18,873 bases of DNA, taken from positions 12,022 through 30,894 of the forward strand of contig DAIDHG010000004.1 of assembly GCA_027452085.1 (NCBI GenBank), given 5' to 3'. This DNA is from a bacterium. GTDB taxonomy: Bacteria; Babelota; Babeliae; Babelales; JABCYS01. Under the pieces are notes generated by a model. That model saw only the letters and a program-made list of their open reading frames with translations, searched no databases and had not been told where the DNA came from. Below, piece after piece: positions 1-8,830 of this stretch. The first letter of the stretch is position 1; each line of letters starts with the position of its first letter. Position numbers and translations under genes: made by a program.

Positions 1-1083
1 AAACATCCAGCTCGCACCGATTGGAAATTGATATTTGAACATCAGCAGGCCAAGAATAGCTGCAGCCCACACACGCATGAACAAGCACGACTGCGCATCG
101 AAGTTACCGTGTCTGGCGATCAAGTCACCGATATAAAACGCATCGTGTTTGTGCCAGAAAAATGGGTGCGCAATGACAAGGATTATGAGCAACTGCGCAA
201 AGGCATACATCAGCTCGTTACCCTCTTTGGCTATTCACTCATTGGCCTGGCTGCGTTGTATGCGTTCATTACCTTCCAGTGGAGCTGGTTTGCCTTCTTG
301 ATCTTTGGGCTCATCTTGATTGGCTTGGCACTCTTTAACCTAGTAAATATTTACGATGTGTTGGCATTTAAGCTTGAAACAAGCCAATCGATGGTCGAAC
401 AACTATTCCGTTCATATAGCTTTTTAACGGCGCTTATGCTGATTTTAGCTATAATGCAGGCAATGATTGTCGCCTGGTTTTATAAAATTGCAAAATCAGA
501 AAACAAATACCGACATACCGACATCGCAATAGCCGTTGCCATTGGTGGCGTATGTGCTGCACTGCTTTCTTTAATGGATCGCATCTCGCATTGCTGCGTA
601 CCATCATGGGCACAGTATGTCACGGCAGCTCTTGTGTGGCCATTGGCCGGCACCGCGGTGCATGTAATTGATCTGTTTGTAACTACGACGGTTAAACTTT
701 CTGCTTGGGTACTGATCAGCAATTCTATAGGGTCGTATGCTCGAAAACAAACGGCGCTTGCCACTATTTCAATCGCAGTAATTACTATTTTAACGGCAGC
801 AATTTTGGCAGAGCCAAGCCTCAATCATGACATTATTGGCTGGGTAATTGGCACGAGCGGTTTTAGCATTATTTTGGGTGCGGCATACTATATTCTGTTT
901 AGATATGATGTACGCATGGTAATTCCAACGGCTGCTACCTTTGTAATCGTCACGCAAATAAAGCAACTGGTGTTGCATGCCTTCCCCGGCGCTTGGAAAG
1001 GAACTTTTGCAGGCTTGATTTTGGTAGCGATCATTTCATTCCTATTGCTGCAAGCGACCAATCAACACAACCGAAAAGGTTAA
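1..1083 (+). CDS. 5'-truncated multi-pass membrane protein; probably the C-terminal half of a large CPBP (CAAX protease/Abi) family intramembrane metalloprotease-associated protein
   Basis: Frame is open from base 1 (KHPARTDWKLIFE...), so the start is upstream of the window. The soluble segment RTDW..FE...ARLRIEVTVSGDQV....RIVFVPEKWVR followed by about 9 hydrophobic helices resembles large CPBP-family proteins. No catalytic EE..R/H motif is visible in this part. Confidence 0.6.
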   Translation, partial: KHPARTDWKLIFEHQQAKNSCSPHTHEQARLRIEVTVSGDQVTDIKRIVFVPEKWVRNDKDYEQLRKGIHQLVTLFGYSLIGLAALYAFITFQWSWFAFLIFGLILIGLALFNLVNIYDVLAFKLETSQSMVEQLFRSYSFLTALMLILAIMQAMIVAWFYKIAKSENKYRHTDIAIAVAIGGVCAALLSLMDRISHCCVPSWAQYVTAALVWPLAGTAVHVIDLFVTTTVKLSAWVLISNSIGSYARKQTALATISIAVITILTAAILAEPSLNHDIIGWVIGTSGFSIILGAAYYILFRYDVRMVIPTAATFVIVTQIKQLVLHAFPGAWKGTFAGLILVAIISFLLLQATNQHNRKG

Positions 1084-1169
1084 TGCATTTTGCCCACACC
1101 ATAATGCATGCACCGTGTCAACATTCTGTTTACGATGTTGGGCTGTTACCATCAAATGGAGCGTAAAGG

Positions 1170-1198
1170 TTTACCTCTGCAAAAAAAGAGAGTAATAT
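1170..1198 (+). promoter_or_regulatory. Putative sigma70 promoter for the first nucleotide transporter
   Basis: TTTACC (1170-1175), 17-nt spacer, TAATAT (1193-1198), about 90 nt upstream of ATG 1290. Confidence 0.4.
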
Positions 1199-1219
1199 CT
1201 GGGAGATTTTAATGGGGTC

Positions 1220-1249
1220 AGAACAGGGAAGCATTGGCTTCCTTGTTCT
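1220..1249 (+). other. 13-bp stem-loop in the intergenic region/5' leader of the transporter
   Basis: AGAACAGGGAAGC-ATTG-GCTTCCTTGTTCT with one G-U pair; not followed by a U-tract. Confidence 0.7.
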
Positions 1250-1289
1250 ATCTCTATCAACAATTTCAAATTTACGAGGGCCGTTCTTT

Positions 1290-2687
1290 ATGGTTATTTC
1301 GTTGTTACAGATGATCACCCGTCCCATGTTTGGTACCTTCGAGCGCGAAGAGTACAAAAAGTTCTTGCGAATGGGCCTAATTTTCACCACGCTCATCGGT
1401 TCTTATTGGACCATGCGCCCGCTCAAGGATGGTATTTTTGATAATCTTGTAGATGCAGCGCACATTCCATGGGCAAAAACGCTTTCGCTTTTCATCCTCA
1501 TTCCTACCGTAATGCTCTACACCCAGCTCTTGGAAAAGAATTCTCGTGAAAAAATGTTCCATATGCTTTGCGCATTTTATGGCATTACCCTACTTCTTTT
1601 CTCTTTAGTGTTCATTTCACCAATCGGCCTTGCGTCGGACGCAGAAGTTGCCGCACGCACTGGTCTTTTCTGGTGGCTCTCCAAAGGACTTGGCTACATT
1701 TGGTATGTGTATGTTGAAAGCTTTGGTTCACTTATCATTGCATTATTCTGGGCAATCGCTTCAGATACAACCATGCCTGAATCAGCAAAGAAGGGCTTCC
1801 CTTTTGTTGTGTGCTTAGGCCAAATTGGTGGTATCGTTGGTCCAAAATATCTTTCACGGGTACCTGATCTCTTTTCATTGCAAACAAGCGCACTCACGGT
1901 TGCCGTTATTGGTGTGTTTGTGCTTCTAGCGAGCGCTTTCTTCACCTATTTCATGAAAGCAACGCCGGCTCATCTTCTTACTTCATTCCACGGGAAAAAC
2001 GAAGCTAAAGAAGAAGCCGAACAAGAGCCTGGATTTACTGAAGGCCTCAAGCTGGTATTGCAACACAAATATTTGATCAGCATGTTTGCAGTGTACTTCT
2101 TCTATGAGTTCATCGTTACGATTTTTGACTTGCACTTTAAATTTGCCGCTGCACAAATGTACACCGGTAAGGAATTGAACCAGTATCTTTCTGATTACGG
2201 TTCATGGGTGAACACCGTAGCGCTCATTTGCTTGCTCTTGGGCGTAAGCAACATTACCCGTTATCTTGGGGTAACCGTTGCCTTAATTATTCTTCCTTTG
2301 ATCATTGGCGGCGCACTGGTTGGCTTTAATACCGTCAGCCACCTCGAGTTCCTATTCTGGTTGATGGTGGGTTCAAAGGCTATCAACTATGCGTTGAACG
2401 GCCCGACCATGAAGCAACTCTACATTCCAACAACGCATGATGTTCGTTTCAAATCATCTGCTTGGATTGAAACATTTGGTTCACGCGCTTCTAAAGAAGG
2501 CGGATCTATTTTCAACATGCTTCTGGCGCCACTTACCGCAAAATACGGGGTGGCAGCTGGTCGTGCAATGCACGCAATGTGGGCATCATACCTTGGCTAC
2601 GCAATGGTTGTGGTTTGGGTGTTCATCGCCGCCTTCTTGGGCAAGACCTACACTAGCGCAATCGACGAAAAACGCGTCGTCTGTTAG
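1290..2687 (+). CDS. Npt1/Npt2 (TLC, ATP/ADP translocase-like) nucleotide transporter, about 465 aa
   Basis: About 12 TM helices; TLC-type motifs Y.TMRPLKD, YVESFGSL...LFW, KAINYAL..P....LYIP......FK...WI..FGSR.SK.GG. Start moved from 1212 to ATG 1290, which has GAGGG 9 nt upstream. Confidence 0.9.
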   Translation: MVISLLQMITRPMFGTFEREEYKKFLRMGLIFTTLIGSYWTMRPLKDGIFDNLVDAAHIPWAKTLSLFILIPTVMLYTQLLEKNSREKMFHMLCAFYGITLLLFSLVFISPIGLASDAEVAARTGLFWWLSKGLGYIWYVYVESFGSLIIALFWAIASDTTMPESAKKGFPFVVCLGQIGGIVGPKYLSRVPDLFSLQTSALTVAVIGVFVLLASAFFTYFMKATPAHLLTSFHGKNEAKEEAEQEPGFTEGLKLVLQHKYLISMFAVYFFYEFIVTIFDLHFKFAAAQMYTGKELNQYLSDYGSWVNTVALICLLLGVSNITRYLGVTVALIILPLIIGGALVGFNTVSHLEFLFWLMVGSKAINYALNGPTMKQLYIPTTHDVRFKSSAWIETFGSRASKEGGSIFNMLLAPLTAKYGVAAGRAMHAMWASYLGYAMVVVWVFIAAFLGKTYTSAIDEKRVVC

Positions 2688-2744
2688 GGCGAGCCTTAAC
2701 AGCCAGGAAGCAATTAGTTGTTTCGTTGGCAATCAATGAGATTT

Positions 2745-2774
2745 GGGCCAGGAAAAACCTGGCCCTTTTTTTTT
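2745..2774 (+). terminator. Rho-independent terminator after the first transporter
   Basis: Perfect 8-bp stem GGGCCAGG-AAAAA-CCTGGCCC followed by 9 T. Confidence 0.92.
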
Positions 2775-2794
2775 GAGTCTTATAAGGAAGAATA

Positions 2795-3217
2795 ATGGTA
2801 TATATAATTTTTGGCCTACTATCGGCAATTACGGCAGCCTTTGTTGCCCTTTTTGGCAAAATTGGATTAAAAGGATTCGATTCGGTTCTTGGCACCACGT
2901 TGCGTTCAGGGGTAATGCTTGTGAGCATGTTGCTCTTTAGCATGGTTCTTCATCGCTTTGATCTGGCAAAAATTACCGCTTTACCAGCACGCGACTGGTT
3001 ATGGATCAGTGCTTCTGGCTTTGCCGGTGCCCTTTCTTGGCTATTTTATTTCAGCGGCCTTTCCAGGGGGCCCATGAGCAAGATAGTAGCGCTTGATCGG
3101 TTAAGCTTAGTATTTGCACTGGTGCTCAGTGCCCTATTTCTTGGCGAACAGATTACCTGGCTCAAATGGATCGGCGCCGGGTTCATGGTGATTGGATCGA
3201 TTCTTATTGTACGATAG
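2795..3217 (+). CDS. EamA (DMT superfamily) small transporter
   Basis: 140 aa, 5 TM; AA...FGK.G....DS...T..R, SG..GALSW.FYF..L..GP.SK.V.LDRLS....L..LFLGE; AAGGAAG upstream. Confidence 0.9.
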   Translation: MVYIIFGLLSAITAAFVALFGKIGLKGFDSVLGTTLRSGVMLVSMLLFSMVLHRFDLAKITALPARDWLWISASGFAGALSWLFYFSGLSRGPMSKIVALDRLSLVFALVLSALFLGEQITWLKWIGAGFMVIGSILIVR

Positions 3218-3253
3218 CTAAAATGGGTATCTGGGCTAGCGCTTGGCAGATAT

Positions 3254-3290
3254 TTTGTATAATCTGCAATCTAATTGCATTTTATACAAA
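3254..3290. promoter_or_regulatory. Operator-like inverted repeat overlapping a consensus -10 box
   Basis: TTTGTATAATCTGCAAT-CTA-ATTGCATTTTATACAAA (15/17 symmetric); TATAAT at 3258-3263; ends directly at the RBS. Confidence 0.7.
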
Positions 3291-3298
3291 GAGGGCGT

Positions 3299-4489
3299 AT
3301 GAAATATATAAAACGAACAGCCGCTGATCATTTAAAATCACTCGCCAAACAATTTCCTGTCGTTGCCGTCATGGGGCCGCGGCAGTCAGGAAAGAGCACC
3401 CTGACCAGAGAAACCTTTCCAAAATATTCCTACGTTTCAATGGAAAATTTAGCCATTCGTGCAAAAACACAAGAAGATCCGGAAGGTTTTTTTGCCACGT
3501 ATGCTGATAAGCCTGGTCTCATCATTGATGAAATACAAGAAGTGCCAGAGCTTTTTTCATACATGCAAGGCATCGTCGACCAAGAGTATAAACCCGGTTT
3601 TTTTATTGTAACCGGCTCACAGAACTTTCTCTTGCACGAAAAAATCACCCAGACACTGGCCGGGCGTATTGCCCTGCTCACACTTCTGCCCCTCTCAATT
3701 CAAGAACTGGTCAAGGCAAAATTATTGCCAAACACCATTGAAGAATTTTTATTTAAGGGATGCTACCCTCGGCCCTACGTCCAACCATTTGATGTACATC
3801 AATGGTTTTCTAGTTATATAAGTACCTATGTTGAAAAGGATGTTCGTCAAATAACACGGGTCACTGACCTCGTGACATTTCAGAGATTCTTGTCCCTGTG
3901 CGCAGGCCGCGCCGGTCAGTTACTTAATTACGCCGAGTTGGCTCGGGATGCCGATATCAGCCCAAACACAGCAAAAGCATGGATTTCTATGCTTGAAGCC
4001 AGTTACATTATTATGCTGCTCCAACCCTATTATAGGAACTTCAATAAAAGAATTATTAAAACCCCAAAGCTCTATTTTAACGATACTGGCCTGCTGTGCG
4101 ATTTACTTGGCATCCAAAGCTCTAAAGAACTTCACACTCATGCGATGCGCGGTGCCATTTTTGAATCATTGATCGTGAGTCAAATCTGTAAATACCGGTT
4201 GAATCAAGGTGAAAAACCAAATCTTTATTTTTGGCGTGATGTGCAAGGGCATGAGGTTGATTGTATCATCGAAAACTCATTTGATAAAACAAGAGCAGTG
4301 GAAATAAAGTCGGGCATGACACTTATTCCCGGCTTATTTAAAAATCTAGATAATTGGCACGATCTCACGCAGCAAAAAGGTCCTTCGTTTATTGTTTATG
4401 CTGGCAGACAAGATTTTTTAGGCAAGCACCATCAAGCATACTCTTGGCTTCATTTGGAAAAAATGCTGAATGCGATATATGAAAAGTAA
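3299..4489 (+). CDS. AAA_14-family ATP-binding protein with C-terminal DUF4143 (COG1373-like), about 396 aa
   Basis: Walker A GPRQSGKST, Walker B IIDEIQ, TGSQ, TLAGR, TYVEKDVR, PKLYFNDTGL, FWRD..G.EVD...EIKS; ATG 3299 preceded by AGAGGG. Confidence 0.92.
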   Translation: MKYIKRTAADHLKSLAKQFPVVAVMGPRQSGKSTLTRETFPKYSYVSMENLAIRAKTQEDPEGFFATYADKPGLIIDEIQEVPELFSYMQGIVDQEYKPGFFIVTGSQNFLLHEKITQTLAGRIALLTLLPLSIQELVKAKLLPNTIEEFLFKGCYPRPYVQPFDVHQWFSSYISTYVEKDVRQITRVTDLVTFQRFLSLCAGRAGQLLNYAELARDADISPNTAKAWISMLEASYIIMLLQPYYRNFNKRIIKTPKLYFNDTGLLCDLLGIQSSKELHTHAMRGAIFESLIVSQICKYRLNQGEKPNLYFWRDVQGHEVDCIIENSFDKTRAVEIKSGMTLIPGLFKNLDNWHDLTQQKGPSFIVYAGRQDFLGKHHQAYSWLHLEKMLNAIYEK

Positions 4490-4498
4490 GAAAAAACC

Positions 4499-6421
4499 AT
4501 GATCCAGCTACAAAATCTTACCGTCGATCTCAACACCAATCTCATATTTGAAGATATCAATTGCACGATACAGGATAGTGATCGCATTGGTATCATCGGC
4601 CGCAATGGTGCCGGCAAATCGACGCTCCTGAAGGTGATTGCCGGCAGATTAGCGCCCACATCGGGCAGCGTTCACATCCAACGAGGCTCACGCATTGCCT
4701 ATCTGCCACAGGAAGAAGTGCTCAACTCTCCCCTATCTGTTTTTGATGAAGCATTCTCCGCCTTTCATGAATGTGTGAAGATTGAACAGCGTGTTGCTGA
4801 AATCGATAATGCTATTGCTGCCGGTTCTTGCACCGCCGAACAACTTGAAGAATATGCGTCCTTGCATGAGCGATTGCGCGAATGGGATAAAAATGCATCC
4901 ATGTTGCAAACGAAAGAAGTGCTTGCCGGCCTTGGTTTTACTGAAGCTGCATTTTCAAAACCGGTGAGTGCATTGAGCACCGGCTGGAAGATGCGTCTTG
5001 CATTGGCAAAACTATTATTAACTGATGCTGACATGTATCTCTTTGATGAGCCAACCAACCACTTGGATATGGTAACGCAGCAATGGTTCTTGGAAAAGCT
5101 GCAAGCAATGAAGCAAGGCTTTTTGCTGGTGAGCCATGATCAAGTGTATTTGGAAAAAGCGGCAACGAGCATTTTGGAAATAGAACGGGGCACCGCAACC
5201 TTCTATCGTGGTAACTTGCAAGCATATTTAAACGCAAAAGAAGAGCGCATCGAACTTGCACGCCGCACGCGTGCTCGCCAAGAACGAGAAATTGCGCATA
5301 AGGAAATGATCATTGAAAAATTCCGCGCAAAAGCCTCTAAGGCAAAGACGGCGCAAAGTATGATCAAGAAGCTTGAACGGATAGAGCTGGTTGAGGTTGA
5401 GCCACCATTACCAGCAATCAAATTCAGTTTTCCAACACCGCCACGACCAGGCAATATTATTCTTACCTTTCACCATTTGAGTTTTGCATTTCCCAATCAA
5501 CCATCCCCAATATTTGAGAAAGTGAGCGGTGAAATTGAACGTGGCGAGCGCGTGGCCATTGTTGCTGCCAACGGTGTGGGTAAAAGTACTCTCCTTCATT
5601 GCATTATGGGCACTCATACACCAACCAACGGCTTTGTGAAATTTGGCCACAATGTGCAAACCGCTTTCTTTGCTCAGGATCAAGCCCGCACCTTACATCC
5701 GGATAAAACAATCTATCAGGAAATATCTGATGCCTGTGATCGCACACCGGGTGATTCAAATATACCTGGCTCGCGGCCTATCAGTTCTTCAGAGATTCGC
5801 GCGGCACTGGGCAATTTCCAATTCAGCGGTGATGATGTCGATAAAAAAATCAGCGTGCTCAGCGGCGGCGAGAAAAATCGCGTAGCCATGGCCAAGATCT
5901 TATTGCAACGCGCCAACTTTTTAATATTGGACGAACCGACCAACCACTTGGATTTATATTCCAAAGATGTGCTCCGTCAAGCGCTGGCATCCTATGAGGG
6001 TACCATACTCTTCGTTTCTCACGATCTGACATTTGTAAGTAAATTGGCAACACGCATTATTGAACTCACCCCAACCAGCACGTATAGCTATCCGGGCACG
6101 TATGAAGAATTTTGCATCGCCAAAAAATTGGCAGCGGTGACCACCACGCAGAAGTCAGACCGGCTCGTACTGCCAAGAAAAGTAGAAGATCCTCAGCAGG
6201 ATCGAGAATTAAAAAAAGAGATTCAATCAATCGAGCGCACCATCTCAAAATTAGAACGGGATGAACAAAAAGAGCTTGAAATTTTGGGCGCATGCGAATA
6301 TGGTACAGAGGCCTACAATAATTCGCTAACAAAATTGACTGAAGTGCAAGCAAAATTAAAGCTCGCCCATACAGAATGGGAAGAAAAAATGGACGATTTG
6401 GCAATGCGGAGTGCTCAATGA
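4499..6421 (+). CDS. ABC-F family ATP-binding protein (ribosome-associated, YheS/Uup/YbiT-like)
   Basis: Two ABC domains (GRNGAGKST/LSTGW/DEPTNHLD and NGVGKST/LSGGE/DEPTNHLD), helical linker, C-terminal coiled coil, no TM segments. Confidence 0.93.
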   Translation: MIQLQNLTVDLNTNLIFEDINCTIQDSDRIGIIGRNGAGKSTLLKVIAGRLAPTSGSVHIQRGSRIAYLPQEEVLNSPLSVFDEAFSAFHECVKIEQRVAEIDNAIAAGSCTAEQLEEYASLHERLREWDKNASMLQTKEVLAGLGFTEAAFSKPVSALSTGWKMRLALAKLLLTDADMYLFDEPTNHLDMVTQQWFLEKLQAMKQGFLLVSHDQVYLEKAATSILEIERGTATFYRGNLQAYLNAKEERIELARRTRARQEREIAHKEMIIEKFRAKASKAKTAQSMIKKLERIELVEVEPPLPAIKFSFPTPPRPGNIILTFHHLSFAFPNQPSPIFEKVSGEIERGERVAIVAANGVGKSTLLHCIMGTHTPTNGFVKFGHNVQTAFFAQDQARTLHPDKTIYQEISDACDRTPGDSNIPGSRPISSSEIRAALGNFQFSGDDVDKKISVLSGGEKNRVAMAKILLQRANFLILDEPTNHLDLYSKDVLRQALASYEGTILFVSHDLTFVSKLATRIIELTPTSTYSYPGTYEEFCIAKKLAAVTTTQKSDRLVLPRKVEDPQQDRELKKEIQSIERTISKLERDEQKELEILGACEYGTEAYNNSLTKLTEVQAKLKLAHTEWEEKMDDLAMRSAQ

Positions 6422-7263
6422 AGATAAAATTCTCTCTCATATTATTGCTCACTACCATGATCTGCGCGCAGAGCGAACCAATACGACTCAGCAAACAACA
6501 GATAGAGCAGTATCACCGTGATGGCTATCTCTTAATCAAGGGGGCTCTGAGGGCATCTGAAGTGGCTCAGATCAAACAGACGGTTGATGATGTAATAAAT
6601 GCCTACGTTACTCGTGAATATAGCGCACAGTTTGCCCAACATGCGCATGGCAAAGATTACTTTAACATTCGAAATACACTGGAATACACCGATAAACTCG
6701 ATTATCTGATTGATTATCCCAACCTCATCAATATGGTAACTACCCTCATGGGCACTGACATCCGTTTGGTAAATTTTAATCTCTTTGTGCGTGGGCCCTG
6801 CTCACAACAAAACGCATTAAATAACAAATTAGCCATGTTTCATGTTGATGTGGGCGCATCGTACAAAAAGATAGCAAATAAATTTCCGATGCAAATCAAT
6901 CTACAGGTTTTCCTCACTGATATGACCGACGATTATCAGGGTAACTTTATGGCCATTCCCGGCACGCATCTGCCACAACCCGGATTTAAGCTCAATGGTT
7001 ATGCGCAGTTACCTGAATGCAATGGGTATCTGGAAAAAGGTCAACTGCCGCCGGGCACCATACAAATTAAGGCACAAGCGGGCGACATTTTGCTCCATTC
7101 AACGGAATTATGGCATGCCGTTGCTCCCAATTATTCTAAAAATATCCGCAAGAGTATTGGCATTCGTTATGGACAAAAACAGCTTAAAGAATATCATTTA
7201 CCGGTGACCCCACATATTCTGCAACGCATGACAGCACGGCAACGTTCGCTACTAAATGAGTAG
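6418..7263 (+). CDS. Phytanoyl-CoA dioxygenase (PhyH) family Fe(II)/2-oxoglutarate dioxygenase with N-terminal signal peptide
   Basis: LS..QI..Y.RDGYL, FHVD (HxD), G....IPGTH, AGD..LH...WH....N.S...R; ATG 6418 overlaps the ABC-F stop (ATGA); leader MKIKFSLILLLTTMICA. Confidence 0.88.
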   Translation: MKIKFSLILLLTTMICAQSEPIRLSKQQIEQYHRDGYLLIKGALRASEVAQIKQTVDDVINAYVTREYSAQFAQHAHGKDYFNIRNTLEYTDKLDYLIDYPNLINMVTTLMGTDIRLVNFNLFVRGPCSQQNALNNKLAMFHVDVGASYKKIANKFPMQINLQVFLTDMTDDYQGNFMAIPGTHLPQPGFKLNGYAQLPECNGYLEKGQLPPGTIQIKAQAGDILLHSTELWHAVAPNYSKNIRKSIGIRYGQKQLKEYHLPVTPHILQRMTARQRSLLNE

Positions 7264-7372
7264 CATTTTGCTTTACAGAATGTATAGGCCCACCACATCT
7301 CTATCATTTTGCAATATCGATGTGCTAGCCTAAAGATTGAGACACCACGCTTGCACATAATTAAGGATCTTT

Positions 7373-8776
7373 ATGGCACTGGCACATAATGTAATTGCGT
7401 ATTTCTTTCCTGATTTGAAAAATGACGAAATTAAAAAGTTTGGTTTATTATCCCTCATTTTCTTCTTAGTGATCGGCACCTACTGGCTGCTGCGTCTTAT
7501 TAAATACACCATTTTCTTAAAGGTCGCCTTCCCTGAATGTTTGGGATGGGGCCCCGAGCAAGGTCGCTGCTTTGAGCCGACAGCAAAAAAGCTTTCGCCA
7601 TGGGTGGTGCTGTTTATGGTCATCATTTATTCAAAATTGGTCGACAAGGTAAAAAAACATCAGCTTTTTTACATCATCTGCACGTTTTATGGCTTGCTTT
7701 TTGCTGGTTGTGCGACCGTCTTATTCTATAAAGATATGTATGGCGTTGAAACGGTTGGCAGAACGGCGTTGGCAACCCTGGGCTGGCTGAGTTATTTTGC
7801 GGTAGAAAGTTTTGGCTCATTGGTGGTTTCACTGTTCTGGGCATTTACCAACAGCATCACCGATTCTGATTCGGCAAAACGAGGTTTCCCGCTTATCGTT
7901 TCCATGGCGCAGCTCTCGGCTATCTTTGGCTCTGCAGCGCTCTTCTTTTCCGGCCATATTGGCGTGCTCTGGCCGATTGTTATGCTCTCTGCATTTTTGG
8001 TGATGATGATCATTCCGGTGGTGCGCTATTTTATTACCCACACTGGGCATGACCAACTGGTTGGCAACAAAGCAGCAGCGGCCACTGAAAAAAGAAAGGA
8101 AGGCTTTATTGAAGGTTTTGTTGCTGGTCTGGTGTTACTCTTCACTCGGCCATATTTACTCGGCGTGCTCGTTATTTCAACTTTTTATGAGGCCGTTTCA
8201 CAAATTGTTGAATATCAGATGCGTGTGTATAGTAGCATGTCACCTGCTTACCAGGGTGAGATTGCCTTTGCCAGATTTATGAGCATTTACGGTATGAGCG
8301 TCAACGTGATCTCATTCTTGGTTGCCTTGCTTGGCACCGGCTACATTTTAAAACGTTTTGGCCCAAGGGTTAGCTTGCTTGTATACCCGGTTACCTATGC
8401 AGTTACGCTGGCCGGTCTTTTTGCCTATTTCAAATTCAACCCAGCACCCGAGGCATTATTGTGGGCCACCTTTGCAGCTGTGGTCGTTATAAAAGGCGTT
8501 GGTTATGCCGTAAACGCACCGACCAAAGAGATGATGTATATTCCAACGAGCAAAGATGCTAAATTCAAAACGAAGGGTTGGATTGATACTTTCGGCAGCC
8601 GTTTTTCTAAATCAAGCGGCGCGCATGTCAATGATATTTTCAAAGATGATCTACCAAGCCTCATGTTTTTTGGCTCCATGATCGGCTTTGGGGTGATTGG
8701 CGTTTGGATTGTAGCCGCCCTCTTTGTAGGCTACAGAAATAAACAGCTGGTGGATCAAGGCAAAATTATTGAATAA
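7373..8776 (+). CDS. Second Npt1/Npt2 (TLC) nucleotide transporter
   Basis: About 12 TM; YWLLRLIK, AVESFGSLVVSLFW, SAKRGFP, YAVNAPTKEMMYIPTSKDAKFKTKGWIDTFGSRFSK; TAAGGA RBS; clear paralogue of 1290-2687. Confidence 0.9.
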   Translation: MALAHNVIAYFFPDLKNDEIKKFGLLSLIFFLVIGTYWLLRLIKYTIFLKVAFPECLGWGPEQGRCFEPTAKKLSPWVVLFMVIIYSKLVDKVKKHQLFYIICTFYGLLFAGCATVLFYKDMYGVETVGRTALATLGWLSYFAVESFGSLVVSLFWAFTNSITDSDSAKRGFPLIVSMAQLSAIFGSAALFFSGHIGVLWPIVMLSAFLVMMIIPVVRYFITHTGHDQLVGNKAAAATEKRKEGFIEGFVAGLVLLFTRPYLLGVLVISTFYEAVSQIVEYQMRVYSSMSPAYQGEIAFARFMSIYGMSVNVISFLVALLGTGYILKRFGPRVSLLVYPVTYAVTLAGLFAYFKFNPAPEALLWATFAAVVVIKGVGYAVNAPTKEMMYIPTSKDAKFKTKGWIDTFGSRFSKSSGAHVNDIFKDDLPSLMFFGSMIGFGVIGVWIVAALFVGYRNKQLVDQGKIIE

Positions 8777-8830
8777 TCTGCTCTCTATTCAAATACCAAC
8801 ACAACTTCATTTAATTACATTTAACATCGC

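Noticed and set aside
1212..1289. N-terminal extension of NTT1 from ATG 1212
   Set aside because: Overlaps the hairpin; ATG 1290 has an RBS and matches the length of the paralogue
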